Made by a program: the position numbers and the translations under genes
Notes under the pieces: model-generated
Database searches by the model: none
Seen by the model: only the letters and a program-made list of their open reading frames with translations
Told to the model about the DNA's origin: nothing
Assembly (NCBI GenBank): GCA_947304395.1
Contig: CAMZBA010000002.1
Location: forward strand, 48,593-112,592
Origin: an uncultured Candidatus Saccharibacteria bacterium
GTDB taxonomy: Bacteria; Patescibacteriota; Saccharimonadia; Saccharimonadales; Saccharimonadaceae
Direction: 5' to 3'
DNA: 64,000 bases
In this document: positions 56,496 to 64,000 of the stretch, piece by piece
Layout of the letters: the number at the start of each line of letters is the position of its first letter
Position numbering within the stretch: the stretch's first letter is position 1

Positions 56496-56550
56496 TTAAT
56501 GTACATTAGAGTAACTTTATATATTATAGCATAATATATACGAAATTCAA
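56496..56550 (-). promoter_or_regulatory. sigma70-type promoter plus 12-bp palindrome TAATGTACATTA
   Basis: On the minus strand: TTGAAT (56550-56545), a 16-nt spacer ending in TGc, and TATAAT (56528-56523). The palindrome at 56508-56497 lies between the -10 element and the SD sequence. Confidence 0.5.
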
Positions 56551-56670
56551 GAAACACAGCCCATTGACATAAACGCATATATATCGCATAATATCCACAT
56601 GTCCGTACGGGACTGTTCTTTTTTGACACGATTACTGCACAAAGATTCTAGCCACGAAAGGGGGAACCAT

Positions 56671-57321
56671 ATGGCTAAAAAGGACTTATTAAACGTTGCT
56701 GTCGTCTGGACTGAAGATTTAGCGTGTCACGACGCACAGCTGGCCGCCGCTATCCATGAATGCGCCCGCACCATACCAGGCTGTAAATTCTATATTATCG
56801 GCACTGGCACCATTATCCGCAGCACCGAAGATGCGAACGTTGCCGTAGTTGGAAACGGCGACATTGACAGCAACGGCTTCGTAGTAGACCTGCCGTCCGT
56901 AGCTCGCAAGATTTACAACCTCAGAACCGGAGATTATCGATGCCGTTACGACGCCATCATTGTCATCACGCGGCAAAGATATGTGCGCTACTCCAGCCAT
57001 ACCAGTCCGGAGTACTACAGAAATGGCTCTGGCGTCATATCACTCGAAGGTTGGGCAGATGACGAAGTCGAAATGGTGGCATCCTTGATGTTAGAACACG
57101 TCATGGGGCACATGTTCTATCACGACGGCCTCCAAGTCCACTGCGAATGCCCGACCTGCACTATGGCCAATCTCGCAAACCACGACAGCGTCCTGAATCT
57201 GATCAAGCACAGAAGCGCCTCTGGCCTGGATCATTTCTGCCCCGAATGTCAGCGATGGATCCGCGACAGCCCCCTCTGGTCCGACCAGCCGTCAGAAGTT
57301 ATTCGCGGCGAACACTCCTAA
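56671..57321 (+). CDS. archaemetzincin (M54)-like protein, HVMGH instead of HExxH (member 1)
   Basis: Start re-called to ATG 56671 after GAAAGGGGGAA. LEHVMGHMFYHDGLQVHCECPTCTM ...(24 aa)... CPEC fits H.xxH...C-x4-C-x-M...CxxC, but the catalytic Glu position is Val. Confidence 0.55.
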   Translation: MAKKDLLNVAVVWTEDLACHDAQLAAAIHECARTIPGCKFYIIGTGTIIRSTEDANVAVVGNGDIDSNGFVVDLPSVARKIYNLRTGDYRCRYDAIIVITRQRYVRYSSHTSPEYYRNGSGVISLEGWADDEVEMVASLMLEHVMGHMFYHDGLQVHCECPTCTMANLANHDSVLNLIKHRSASGLDHFCPECQRWIRDSPLWSDQPSEVIRGEHS

Positions 57322-57333
57322 CTCCAGTAATCC

Positions 57334-57359
57334 ATACCTCGCCCACGCGAGGTATTTTT
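57334..57359 (+). terminator. rho-independent terminator
   Basis: Stem atacctcg / cgaggtat with a 6-nt loop, then TTTTT. Confidence 0.6.
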
Positions 57360-57363
57360 AAAG

Positions 57364-57391
57364 CAGAAAAATACCCCCTCGGTTGAGGGGG
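57364..57391 (-). terminator. rho-independent terminator of 57436..58017
   Basis: Stem ccccctc / gaggggg with loop ggtt, and a T-run on the minus strand. Confidence 0.6.
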
Positions 57392-57435
57392 GTGAGTGTT
57401 GGGAATTATTTCAAACTACTTAAATCATGTTCTTA

Positions 57436-58017
57436 TCAGAACGGGGAGAGAGACGAAAGATCATCGCTCAAAACTGTAAAAGCGGCATACCGCTCCGCCA
57501 GTCTTTCTTCAAGGGTTTTACGAAGACAAAGCGCCATATAGGCAAGCAGAACACTTCCGTCGATAACCCCGTCTTTGTAAATGCGCCGAACAATCGGCGG
57601 GAAAAGGGTCGCATTAATACTCTCGAGGTCGCCATCTTCCGCAATAAAACAGAGCAGAGACATAAAAATAGCCGGATCAAGATCGCCAATCGCCTGGACA
57701 AGACCATCATTTTCCCCTTTACTACCCAGGGCCACCCGGATTTCTTCGGGAATTGCATCGATATCTTTTGCCTCAATCCCCACACAAGCAACCACACATC
57801 TCAGCAACCGGACAATATCGACCTCCATAGCCAGGCGATCAATCAACTCGCTGGCCATAGCCTCGTCGAGGCTTCCACTTAAGGACACTGCCGAGGCGAA
57901 CATGAGTATAGTAGCCATCACGCCCTTGAAAGCATGACAGTCATCCATCATTGCCCGAATGGCCACAATGTCATTCTTCCGTATCGCATTCCACGCCTTT
58001 TCATCAATAGCGCTCAT
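57436..58017 (-). CDS. hypothetical all-helical protein (193 aa)
   Basis: CAGGAGGT SD 7 nt before ATG 58017. Ala/Leu/Asp-rich. No recognisable motif. Confidence 0.55.
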   Translation of the reverse strand: MSAIDEKAWNAIRKNDIVAIRAMMDDCHAFKGVMATILMFASAVSLSGSLDEAMASELIDRLAMEVDIVRLLRCVVACVGIEAKDIDAIPEEIRVALGSKGENDGLVQAIGDLDPAIFMSLLCFIAEDGDLESINATLFPPIVRRIYKDGVIDGSVLLAYMALCLRKTLEERLAERYAAFTVLSDDLSSLSPF

Positions 58018-58203
58018 TAGTAATACCTCCTGTTTAGATACTAGGTTCCCAACTGTTACCTCAAATATAACTCTACAACAATATAGTAATTTGTCAAGCG
58101 CATAAATTAGTGCGCCAGACTCAACTCAGTCGCGCTATTTGCTCAGATCGCACTCATCGTGCTCATGTTTTCCATCTGCAAGCATCCTATTTATAATTAA
58201 TGA

Positions 58204-59898
58204 ATGGCGCAAATCAACCATCGAAAGCGTGCTAATTATTGCACCAAGCCATACGAGACTAGGCGCAGAATGCCATTTTCTGGTGCCGTTATAATTGTTG
58301 CATTTTTCATTTGTAGCTTCGTGTTGCTTTCAGAAATATCCTACGGTCTTTTTAATGCCATCCGCAATATTTTCGTAGCCATCTGCCCGAAGCTCCTTAA
58401 CGCCCCAGCTATCACGAAAGGCAATTTCTATTTGGCCACTTGCGCCATCACTATTGCTGTATCCGCATATTTGTCGGCAAGGATTAAAAAGCGCATCTTT
58501 CCCGACATTATTATTCGGGATAAAAAATATATTTTGGCGCTATTCAAAGGGCGGGGGAGCAAATCGCCGCAGCCTACCCGCGCAAAGCTCATCAGCTTCA
58601 TCTATGGTAAAGGACCAATCAATCAGAAAACTCGCAACACGATATCTACCTTAATCAACGAAGGCATTACGCCCATATCGCAGTACATCGATCATAGCAG
58701 TGCGGATAACAATACCCTGTGTATCAACTCCAAGTGGGGCTCTGGCAAGACTACTGCGTTACTGATTGCCATCAACGAAAGTACCAAAGCTAGCAACCGC
58801 TACATCTACGAATCCGCATTCAAATATAGTGGCAACATTGGCGAGTTTATTAACGATATTCTCAAAACCATCAATGACGTTATGATCGAATCGTGCATCA
58901 AAAAGTCCGAGAATCTCAGCTCGCTCATAGAAAATTTTGACGGCGATCCAAAAGTCAACGTTCTAAATTACATCCTCAATTTATCGAACAACTCCAACGA
59001 TTTACTCTCTAGCGACATTATTCTCGAAATCAACCATCATTACGAACATTCCACTAGCGAAGCTGTCATTTTCGTTATTATTGACGACCTAGACAGATTA
59101 CAAGGCGAAGATGTCGTACGTGTATTATCGCTGCTTTCAATCATTAGAAACCTTTCGTTTGTCCGCCTTATTGTACCCGCGGATCTAGAAATCGTTGGCA
59201 AATCGCTTCACGCCTACGGCGTTGTAGATGCACATCGATTCATTGAAAAATATCTGCCAATCGGCCCAAGCATCGAGCTAAAAAGTGGCTACAAATATGC
59301 CGAAAAAATCATCCTCGACATGCTAGTTCGCGCCCAAAAAGGCTGGAAAAAGAATCCCGACGGCGCCTATCCTGCCTTTGCCGCCATTCTTATCGGCATG
59401 CTTGCAAAGAAAATGCGCGAGCTGACCATTAATCGCGACAATTTTCGATACAAATGGCTATGTTCCGACCCACATCAAAAAATAGCCAAACTAACTAGCC
59501 CCAGCGAAGAATTAACGCAACTATTACACTCGCCAATCGCATTATCCAGTTACGCAAATCGCACAAATAACATCTACAGCTGGAATGAAAAATTTGCCAA
59601 TTCCAAAAAATACCAACACATTATTTCCGCGCTCACTAAGAAAACCGAGTCCGATAAAGCCTCTATAAATGTTCAGGACGCATTCACGAATGACGATTAC
59701 GCCAACGTCGTAGAATCATGGGTTTTCGACTTCGTGGAAACCAACTGGGAACTACTTGGCTTTGCTATTCGCGACGTCCTAGACGAATTATCTAGTGTCA
59801 ATTACAACCAACTACCAAAAAATCCGGCCAAGCAATTTGTTTATGTATTTAACCAACTTTTCCCGGACGAAAAGCTCAAATACGTCAACACCATCTAG
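58204..59898 (+). CDS. KAP-family P-loop NTPase with N-terminal TM helices (Tmn-like)
   Basis: Two TM helices (aa ~25-50 and 75-95), Walker A SKWGSGKTTALL and Walker B VIFVIIDDLDRL, matching the PF07693 signature. Confidence 0.7.
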   Translation: MAQINHRKRANYCTKPYETRRRMPFSGAVIIVAFFICSFVLLSEISYGLFNAIRNIFVAICPKLLNAPAITKGNFYLATCAITIAVSAYLSARIKKRIFPDIIIRDKKYILALFKGRGSKSPQPTRAKLISFIYGKGPINQKTRNTISTLINEGITPISQYIDHSSADNNTLCINSKWGSGKTTALLIAINESTKASNRYIYESAFKYSGNIGEFINDILKTINDVMIESCIKKSENLSSLIENFDGDPKVNVLNYILNLSNNSNDLLSSDIILEINHHYEHSTSEAVIFVIIDDLDRLQGEDVVRVLSLLSIIRNLSFVRLIVPADLEIVGKSLHAYGVVDAHRFIEKYLPIGPSIELKSGYKYAEKIILDMLVRAQKGWKKNPDGAYPAFAAILIGMLAKKMRELTINRDNFRYKWLCSDPHQKIAKLTSPSEELTQLLHSPIALSSYANRTNNIYSWNEKFANSKKYQHIISALTKKTESDKASINVQDAFTNDDYANVVESWVFDFVETNWELLGFAIRDVLDELSSVNYNQLPKNPAKQFVYVFNQLFPDEKLKYVNTI

Positions 59899-59989
59899 CC
59901 AGAAACCGCAAATACGTTTTATAATAGGCCCAGCCTCTCTGGAGGCGGTTCGTTTCTATGTAGCTTTCGTAACTGAAAGGGGGAATAAT

Positions 59990-60625
59990 ATGCCATACGA
60001 AAGACAAAGACCCGTAACTATCGCCTGGTCCTCAGAACTCGAGCAATACAGACCCATCTTTGAGGTTGCAGTCGCCGAATGTATCGGAGTGCTTCCCGGT
60101 CTAAAGTTCTATCTCGCAGGCAACGAAGAACGTTTTTTCGACTACAAAGACGTCGATGCGAACTTACGCGATACGCTCTTCATCCGCGACACCTGGACAA
60201 TCGATGCGCGCAAAATCGCATCAGAGATCTCAAGCAACAATGAGAAATACGAGCTCGGAGAAATCGTCGTCATCTTCACGAAGCAGAAGATCTCTGGCAG
60301 CCAAGATAGCCCGTATGCCTGCTTCGATTCTCGCGCCGGAATCATTTCGCTTGAGCATTGCAACACGGAAAGAGAGCTCAAAGAAGCCGCCTCCGTCTCG
60401 CTGAGGTACATCCTGGGTTGTATTCAGGGCAAGGGAAAACTGCATTGCGACGATACTGGCTGCATCGTACAAGCTATGAGTGGCCACGAATCGATTCTGC
60501 AGTTTTACGAGGCAAACGCAGGGCGCAGCGGTTTTTGCGAAAAATGCAAACAAACTATTCGCAATGGTAGAATGTGGTGCAGCGACTCGCCATCACGCAT
60601 CATCCATGAGCGTCACTATTGTTAA
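59990..60625 (+). CDS. archaemetzincin-like protein, metal site degenerate (member 2)
   Basis: Start re-called to ATG 59990 after GAAAGGGGGAA. It is colinear with members 1 and 3, but the site reads YILGC. The motifs HCDDTGC ... CEKC are retained. Confidence 0.5.
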   Translation: MPYERQRPVTIAWSSELEQYRPIFEVAVAECIGVLPGLKFYLAGNEERFFDYKDVDANLRDTLFIRDTWTIDARKIASEISSNNEKYELGEIVVIFTKQKISGSQDSPYACFDSRAGIISLEHCNTERELKEAASVSLRYILGCIQGKGKLHCDDTGCIVQAMSGHESILQFYEANAGRSGFCEKCKQTIRNGRMWCSDSPSRIIHERHYC

Positions 60626-60631
60626 ATGTGC

Positions 60632-60661
60632 GCCTCCGCCGACACCGACGGAGGCTTTTTC
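60632..60661 (+). terminator. rho-independent terminator
   Basis: Stem gcctccg / cggaggc with a 10-nt loop, then TTTTT. Confidence 0.6.
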
Positions 60662-60683
60662 TTGCCATGATATAATAGCCTAT

Positions 60684-61685
60684 ATGAAAAAGATTCTTGT
60701 CACTGGCGGTACCGGCTTTATTGGCTCGCATACCGTCGTAGAACTATTGAATGCCGGATACGACGTCGACATTATCGATAACCTTTGCAATAGCAAAGCT
60801 TCTGTCATAGACAAAATTTCAGAAATTACCGGCAAGAAACCCACTTTCTACCAACAAGACTTATTAAATCAACCTGCACTAGACCAGCTTTTCCAAACAA
60901 ACGAGTATTATGCTGTCATGCATTTTGCCGGACTAAAATCCGTCAGCGAGTCGCAATCCAAGCCGTACGAATATCATCACAACAATATCGTTAGCACGCT
61001 CAATGTCATCAAATGTATGCTCGAGCATAAAGTAAATCGCTTGATTTTTAGCAGCTCCGCCACCGTCTATGGCACCCAGGAGTCCCCTGAATGTTTTGAA
61101 TCCATGACGACCGGACAGGGCATTACAAATCCTTACGGTCGCACTAAATACTTTATTGAAGAAATCCTCAAAGACGTCAGTGCTGGCCACCCAGAATTAT
61201 CCATCACACTTCTGCGCTACTTTAACCCCATCGGCAATCACCCCTCCGGCCTCATCGGCGAAGACCCCAACGGCATACCAAACAACATCATGCCAGTCAT
61301 CATTCGCGTCGCCCAAGGCAAAATCGCTAAACTCAAAGTCTTTGGCAACGATTATGACACTCCGGATGGCACCGGCCAACGTGATTTCATCCATGTCGTA
61401 GACCTAGCCAAGGGCCACATTGCCGCCCTCAAACATATGCAAAAAGGCGTTAATATTTACAACCTCGGCACTGGCACCGCCAACTCCGTCCTCGAACTAA
61501 TCTATAGCTTCGAGCGTATTTCTGGCCAAAAAATCCCTTACGAAATCGTCGACCGCCGCCCTGGCGACCTTGGCGCAGTTTGGGCTAATCCTGCCAAAGC
61601 GAATACCGAGCTTGGCTGGAAAACCCAGTTGACTATCGAAGACGCCATCGCAGACACTTTACAGTATCTAAAACTACATCAATAG
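60684..61685 (+). CDS. galE: UDP-glucose 4-epimerase
   Basis: MKKILVTGGTGFIGSH Rossmann motif, SSSATVYG, YGRTKYFIE (YxxxK), RYFNPIG, DGTGQRDFIHVVDLA. The track ORF start at 60480 is an upstream extension. Confidence 0.9.
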   Translation: MKKILVTGGTGFIGSHTVVELLNAGYDVDIIDNLCNSKASVIDKISEITGKKPTFYQQDLLNQPALDQLFQTNEYYAVMHFAGLKSVSESQSKPYEYHHNNIVSTLNVIKCMLEHKVNRLIFSSSATVYGTQESPECFESMTTGQGITNPYGRTKYFIEEILKDVSAGHPELSITLLRYFNPIGNHPSGLIGEDPNGIPNNIMPVIIRVAQGKIAKLKVFGNDYDTPDGTGQRDFIHVVDLAKGHIAALKHMQKGVNIYNLGTGTANSVLELIYSFERISGQKIPYEIVDRRPGDLGAVWANPAKANTELGWKTQLTIEDAIADTLQYLKLHQ

Positions 61686-61699
61686 ACATTGCGCCTTGA

Positions 61700-61728
61700 T
61701 TGACAATTCGCTCAAAAATATTCATAAT
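61700..61728 (+). promoter_or_regulatory. sigma70-type promoter
   Basis: TTGACA (61700-61705), a 17-nt spacer and CATAAT (61723-61728). Confidence 0.45.
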
Positions 61729-61803
61729 AACAAAGCTAACCATTTTTTGGCGCGCACTTTAGGAACCAAAAACTTCAGTTGTGCATTTTTCAGGAGGTGA
61801 AGA

Positions 61804-62406
61804 ATGTCAAGAAAAATCACCGTAGCCCTCATGTGGACACCCGACGTCGACGGCACTGTCGACTTCAAAGGCGCCTGCAAAGAGGTCGAAAAAGTATTCC
61901 CGGAAAAATTCGATTTTCGCTTCATTGGCACGAATGGCATCATTGATGATCGCCGCAATGCGCACGAGATCCTACGCAACGGAAACCTCTACATGAAAAG
62001 AGGTGAATGGACCATCGACAGCAGCGACGCCGTCTCGTCCTTTTCCGCTTTTTGCAATAATCGAATTTCCCGATCCGACTATTTTATCATTTTCACCAGG
62101 CAACTAATGGACTTTGAAAAAGGAGAGTCCTTCGAGTATCACTCCAGCAACATCGCCCTGATAACCCTTCGAGATGCCAGCATTACCTTTGAGCGCGACA
62201 ATCTGGCGGCTTTCAGCATCAAGCACGTCCTCGGCCATTTTCTTGGCGTAAAAGAGCACTGCGACAACGATATGTATACATGCGTCATGTCAAAGAAAGA
62301 CCGGAGCAACCCAATGAACGGCATCAACTACCCGTTATACGACGGCGCGTTATGTTACTGCGACGCCTGCTCGGCAAAGATCCGAAAGGCAATCGAGAAG
62401 TACTGA
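61804..62406 (+). CDS. archaemetzincin-like protein, HVLGH instead of HExxH (member 3)
   Basis: CAGGAGGTG SD. IKHVLGHFLGVKEHCDNDMYTCVMS ... CYCDAC is the best match of the three to the HEIGHxxGLxHC...CxM...CxxC pattern, with Glu replaced by Val. Confidence 0.55.
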   Translation: MSRKITVALMWTPDVDGTVDFKGACKEVEKVFPEKFDFRFIGTNGIIDDRRNAHEILRNGNLYMKRGEWTIDSSDAVSSFSAFCNNRISRSDYFIIFTRQLMDFEKGESFEYHSSNIALITLRDASITFERDNLAAFSIKHVLGHFLGVKEHCDNDMYTCVMSKKDRSNPMNGINYPLYDGALCYCDACSAKIRKAIEKY

Positions 62407-62432
62407 AGCCTCCACGGGCATCATAATGGTTC

Positions 62433-62459
62433 ACCCCGCACTCAGCTGCGGGGTTTTTC
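62433..62459 (+). terminator. rho-independent terminator
   Basis: Stem accccgca / tgcggggt with loop ctcagc, then TTTTT. Confidence 0.65.
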
Positions 62460-62647
62460 TTGCAAAAAAAACACACTAGACGAAACTCAACTTTTGTGCC
62501 ATAATAAACGATGTTTAACGCACCTTAACGTGAAAACTTTTCAGCTGCGAAGCAGAAGTGTCAGTATTCGACCTTTCTACTTCGCGGCTGAAAAATATCA
62601 GCCGACGACAGACACACATCAACGCCATATTCAAGAAAAAGGAGGAA

Positions 62648-63217
62648 ATGTCTATGGCAGTAATTACCTACGCTATCACAGGAACTACACACAGGAAAAA
62701 GTCAGTCAAGAAAGCCATCAAAAAAGCGCTCGCAAAGGGCGGCCCTGGCACAGTCTTCGCCAGCACGGATCCCATGCACAGCGCCATTGTCAGTACCGCG
62801 ATTACTGACGCCATGGAAGAAATGATGGCTCCTGAGTACGAATACTGCGACGAACCTGATTGTTGCGAGATGAGCGGCGAAGAAGCGCCGGATGCCAAAA
62901 CGCCCGATGCCAAAGATCAGGAAAACACACCCGCAGACAACCCGAATCCCGCCTGCGGTGAAGCGTGCGTCGATCAGGAACCCGAAGAGGACGATGGATA
63001 TGAATACACTCCTCTCGAGTATGTCATCACGCTGACAGCAGCCCAGCGCCAGTTCCTCATGGACAAGGGTGTCTATTTCGCGGAACAGGTTATCGTCATG
63101 ATGGACGACGAAGAGCTTCTTTATGAGCTTGGTCCGCAGCGGCTCGGAATTGTCACTTCGATCATGCTCTGGCAGGAAGAAGACGACGACGTAACTTATT
63201 CCGCAGAGATCAAGTAA
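62648..63217 (+). CDS. hypothetical acidic protein (189 aa)
   Basis: AAGGAGG SD before ATG 62648. Asp/Glu-rich central region. No recognisable motif. Confidence 0.5.
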   Translation: MSMAVITYAITGTTHRKKSVKKAIKKALAKGGPGTVFASTDPMHSAIVSTAITDAMEEMMAPEYEYCDEPDCCEMSGEEAPDAKTPDAKDQENTPADNPNPACGEACVDQEPEEDDGYEYTPLEYVITLTAAQRQFLMDKGVYFAEQVIVMMDDEELLYELGPQRLGIVTSIMLWQEEDDDVTYSAEIK

Positions 63218-63256
63218 AGCCACGTCCGGCTAGTACTTGGGCTTTCACGTACCCCC

Positions 63257-63283
63257 AAGGGGCTCGCTATGAGCCCCTTTTTT
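63257..63283 (+). terminator. rho-independent terminator
   Basis: Stem aaggggctc / gagcccctt with loop gctat, a T-run, then catgca. Confidence 0.65.
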
Positions 63284-63321
63284 CATGCAAAGAATTTAGT
63301 AGTCGATGTTAAAATAGTTTC

Positions 63322-63765
63322 ATGATAATCGGTTATACAGCGGGAGTCTTCGATCTATTCCATATCGGCCACCTCAACCTTCTCCGAAACGCTAAAAGCA
63401 TGGTAGATAAACTCGTTGTCGGCATAACCGTTGATGAGCTTGTCAAATACAAAGGCAAAAAGGCCATGATTCCATACGCAGATCGCGCCGAAATTGTTCG
63501 TAGCTGCAAATACGTCGACGCAGTCGTGCCACAACGCGACATGGACAAACTCAGCATGTGCCAAAAGCTTGGCGCTAGTTATATGTTTGTCGGCGACGAT
63601 TGGTACAATACCACAAAATGGAATAAATACGAAGAAGAGTTCGCTAAGGCCGGCATCAAAATCGTCTATTTCCCATACACTCAAGGAATCAGTAGTACGC
63701 AAATTCATAAAGCACTTAGCGCCGTTCGTAATAAAAAATCTCAAGACTTACGCGATTTAAGTTAG
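63322..63765 (+). CDS. tagD: glycerol-3-phosphate cytidylyltransferase
   Basis: GYTAGVFDLFHIGHLNLLRNAK (the HxGH motif), VVGITVDELV, FVGDDW and the C-terminal ISSTQI (RTxGISTT-like) motif. About 145 aa long. Confidence 0.8.
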   Translation: MIIGYTAGVFDLFHIGHLNLLRNAKSMVDKLVVGITVDELVKYKGKKAMIPYADRAEIVRSCKYVDAVVPQRDMDKLSMCQKLGASYMFVGDDWYNTTKWNKYEEEFAKAGIKIVYFPYTQGISSTQIHKALSAVRNKKSQDLRDLS

Positions 63766-63778
63766 AAAGGATTAAAAA

Positions 63779-64000
63779 ATGCAAGAAGACCGCATATATT
63801 GTTCTAGCAGTTACTTAATGTACCGAACTATTATCGACCCAAAGAAAACCTTCAGTAATAAATACCCGCGCAACACTCATATGCCGCCCAAACCTCGCTT
63901 TAAGGTGCATAATTCCGACGAGCTTCACGATGCTCTAAAGCAACAAGTCGAGGAAATTGTTGCAAGTGGCAAAAAGGTCGCACTCTGCCTATCTGGCGGC
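63779..64000 (+). CDS. asparagine-synthase-like PP-loop ATP pyrophosphatase, N-terminal part only
   Basis: The ORF from ATG 63779 runs off the right edge. It ends in KKVALCLSGG, the start of an SGGxDS PP-loop. Confidence 0.45.
   Translation, partial: MQEDRIYCSSSYLMYRTIIDPKKTFSNKYPRNTHMPPKPRFKVHNSDELHDALKQQVEEIVASGKKVALCLSGG

Noticed and set aside
16361-62647. Long N-terminal extensions in the track ORFs 16361, 25549, 46645..47181, 51021, 53992..54630, 54627..55253, 56599, 59795, 60480 and 62558
   Set aside because: These extensions overlap upstream genes or terminators, or start at TTG. Internal ATG/GTG codons with SD sequences and family-consistent N-termini were preferred.
1-64000. CRISPR array, rRNA operon, or intact prophage or integrase
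   Set aside because: No regularly spaced short direct repeats were seen. The only tandem repeats are the coding 24-bp repeat and the tRNA-Tyr module. No rRNA-like conserved stretches, integrase, capsid or terminase motifs were recognised by eye.

Overview
Compact bacterial window, standard genetic code (TGA is an ordinary stop). Genes are short-spaced and often overlap. Overall GC is lowish, and composition is visibly mosaic by eye (not computed). The gene content would fit a reduced epibiont such as Saccharibacteria/Patescibacteria, but that is only a guess. Layout: (1) 0.4-6.3 kb is housekeeping: tRNA-Ala, a polytopic membrane protein, trpS, an HD hydrolase, an RluD-like pseudouridine synthase and a holB-like gene. 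(2) 6.3-30.5 kb is a cell-surface block. It holds three large proteins in which a VirB2/TrbC-like double-TM hairpin is fused to Big_2 domains and a hydrolase domain (2x NlpC/P60-like, 1x GH114-like). It also holds a 1,491-aa secreted giant and a 1,391-aa protein ending in a pol-beta nucleotidyltransferase. Each of these is tightly coupled to members of an expanded family of small single-pass proteins with a conserved C-terminal motif. tRNA-Thr, a DUF1704/MATCAP-like metalloprotease and tRNA-Tyr (with a duplicated 3' end) are embedded here. (3) 30.5-31.5 kb is a Cys-LRR gene cassette. (4) 31.6-42.2 kb is an AT-rich Wzx/Wzy-type glycan locus. (5) 42.2-52.7 kb is a decayed accessory stretch with tagD pseudogenes, a caspase-like protease, PD-(D/E)xK, zeta-like and PIN genes, and secreted G5/DUF3761/HNH proteins. 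(6) 52.7-63.2 kb is a GC-richer island. It carries a five-gene MG[VI]YF array, an IS relic, three archaemetzincin-like genes lacking the catalytic Glu, a transmembrane KAP NTPase and galE, followed by tagD. The best candidates for undescribed biology are the large-protein/small-TM-protein pairing in block 2 and the MG[VI]YF plus pseudo-archaemetzincin island in block 6. No CRISPR array or rRNA was seen.
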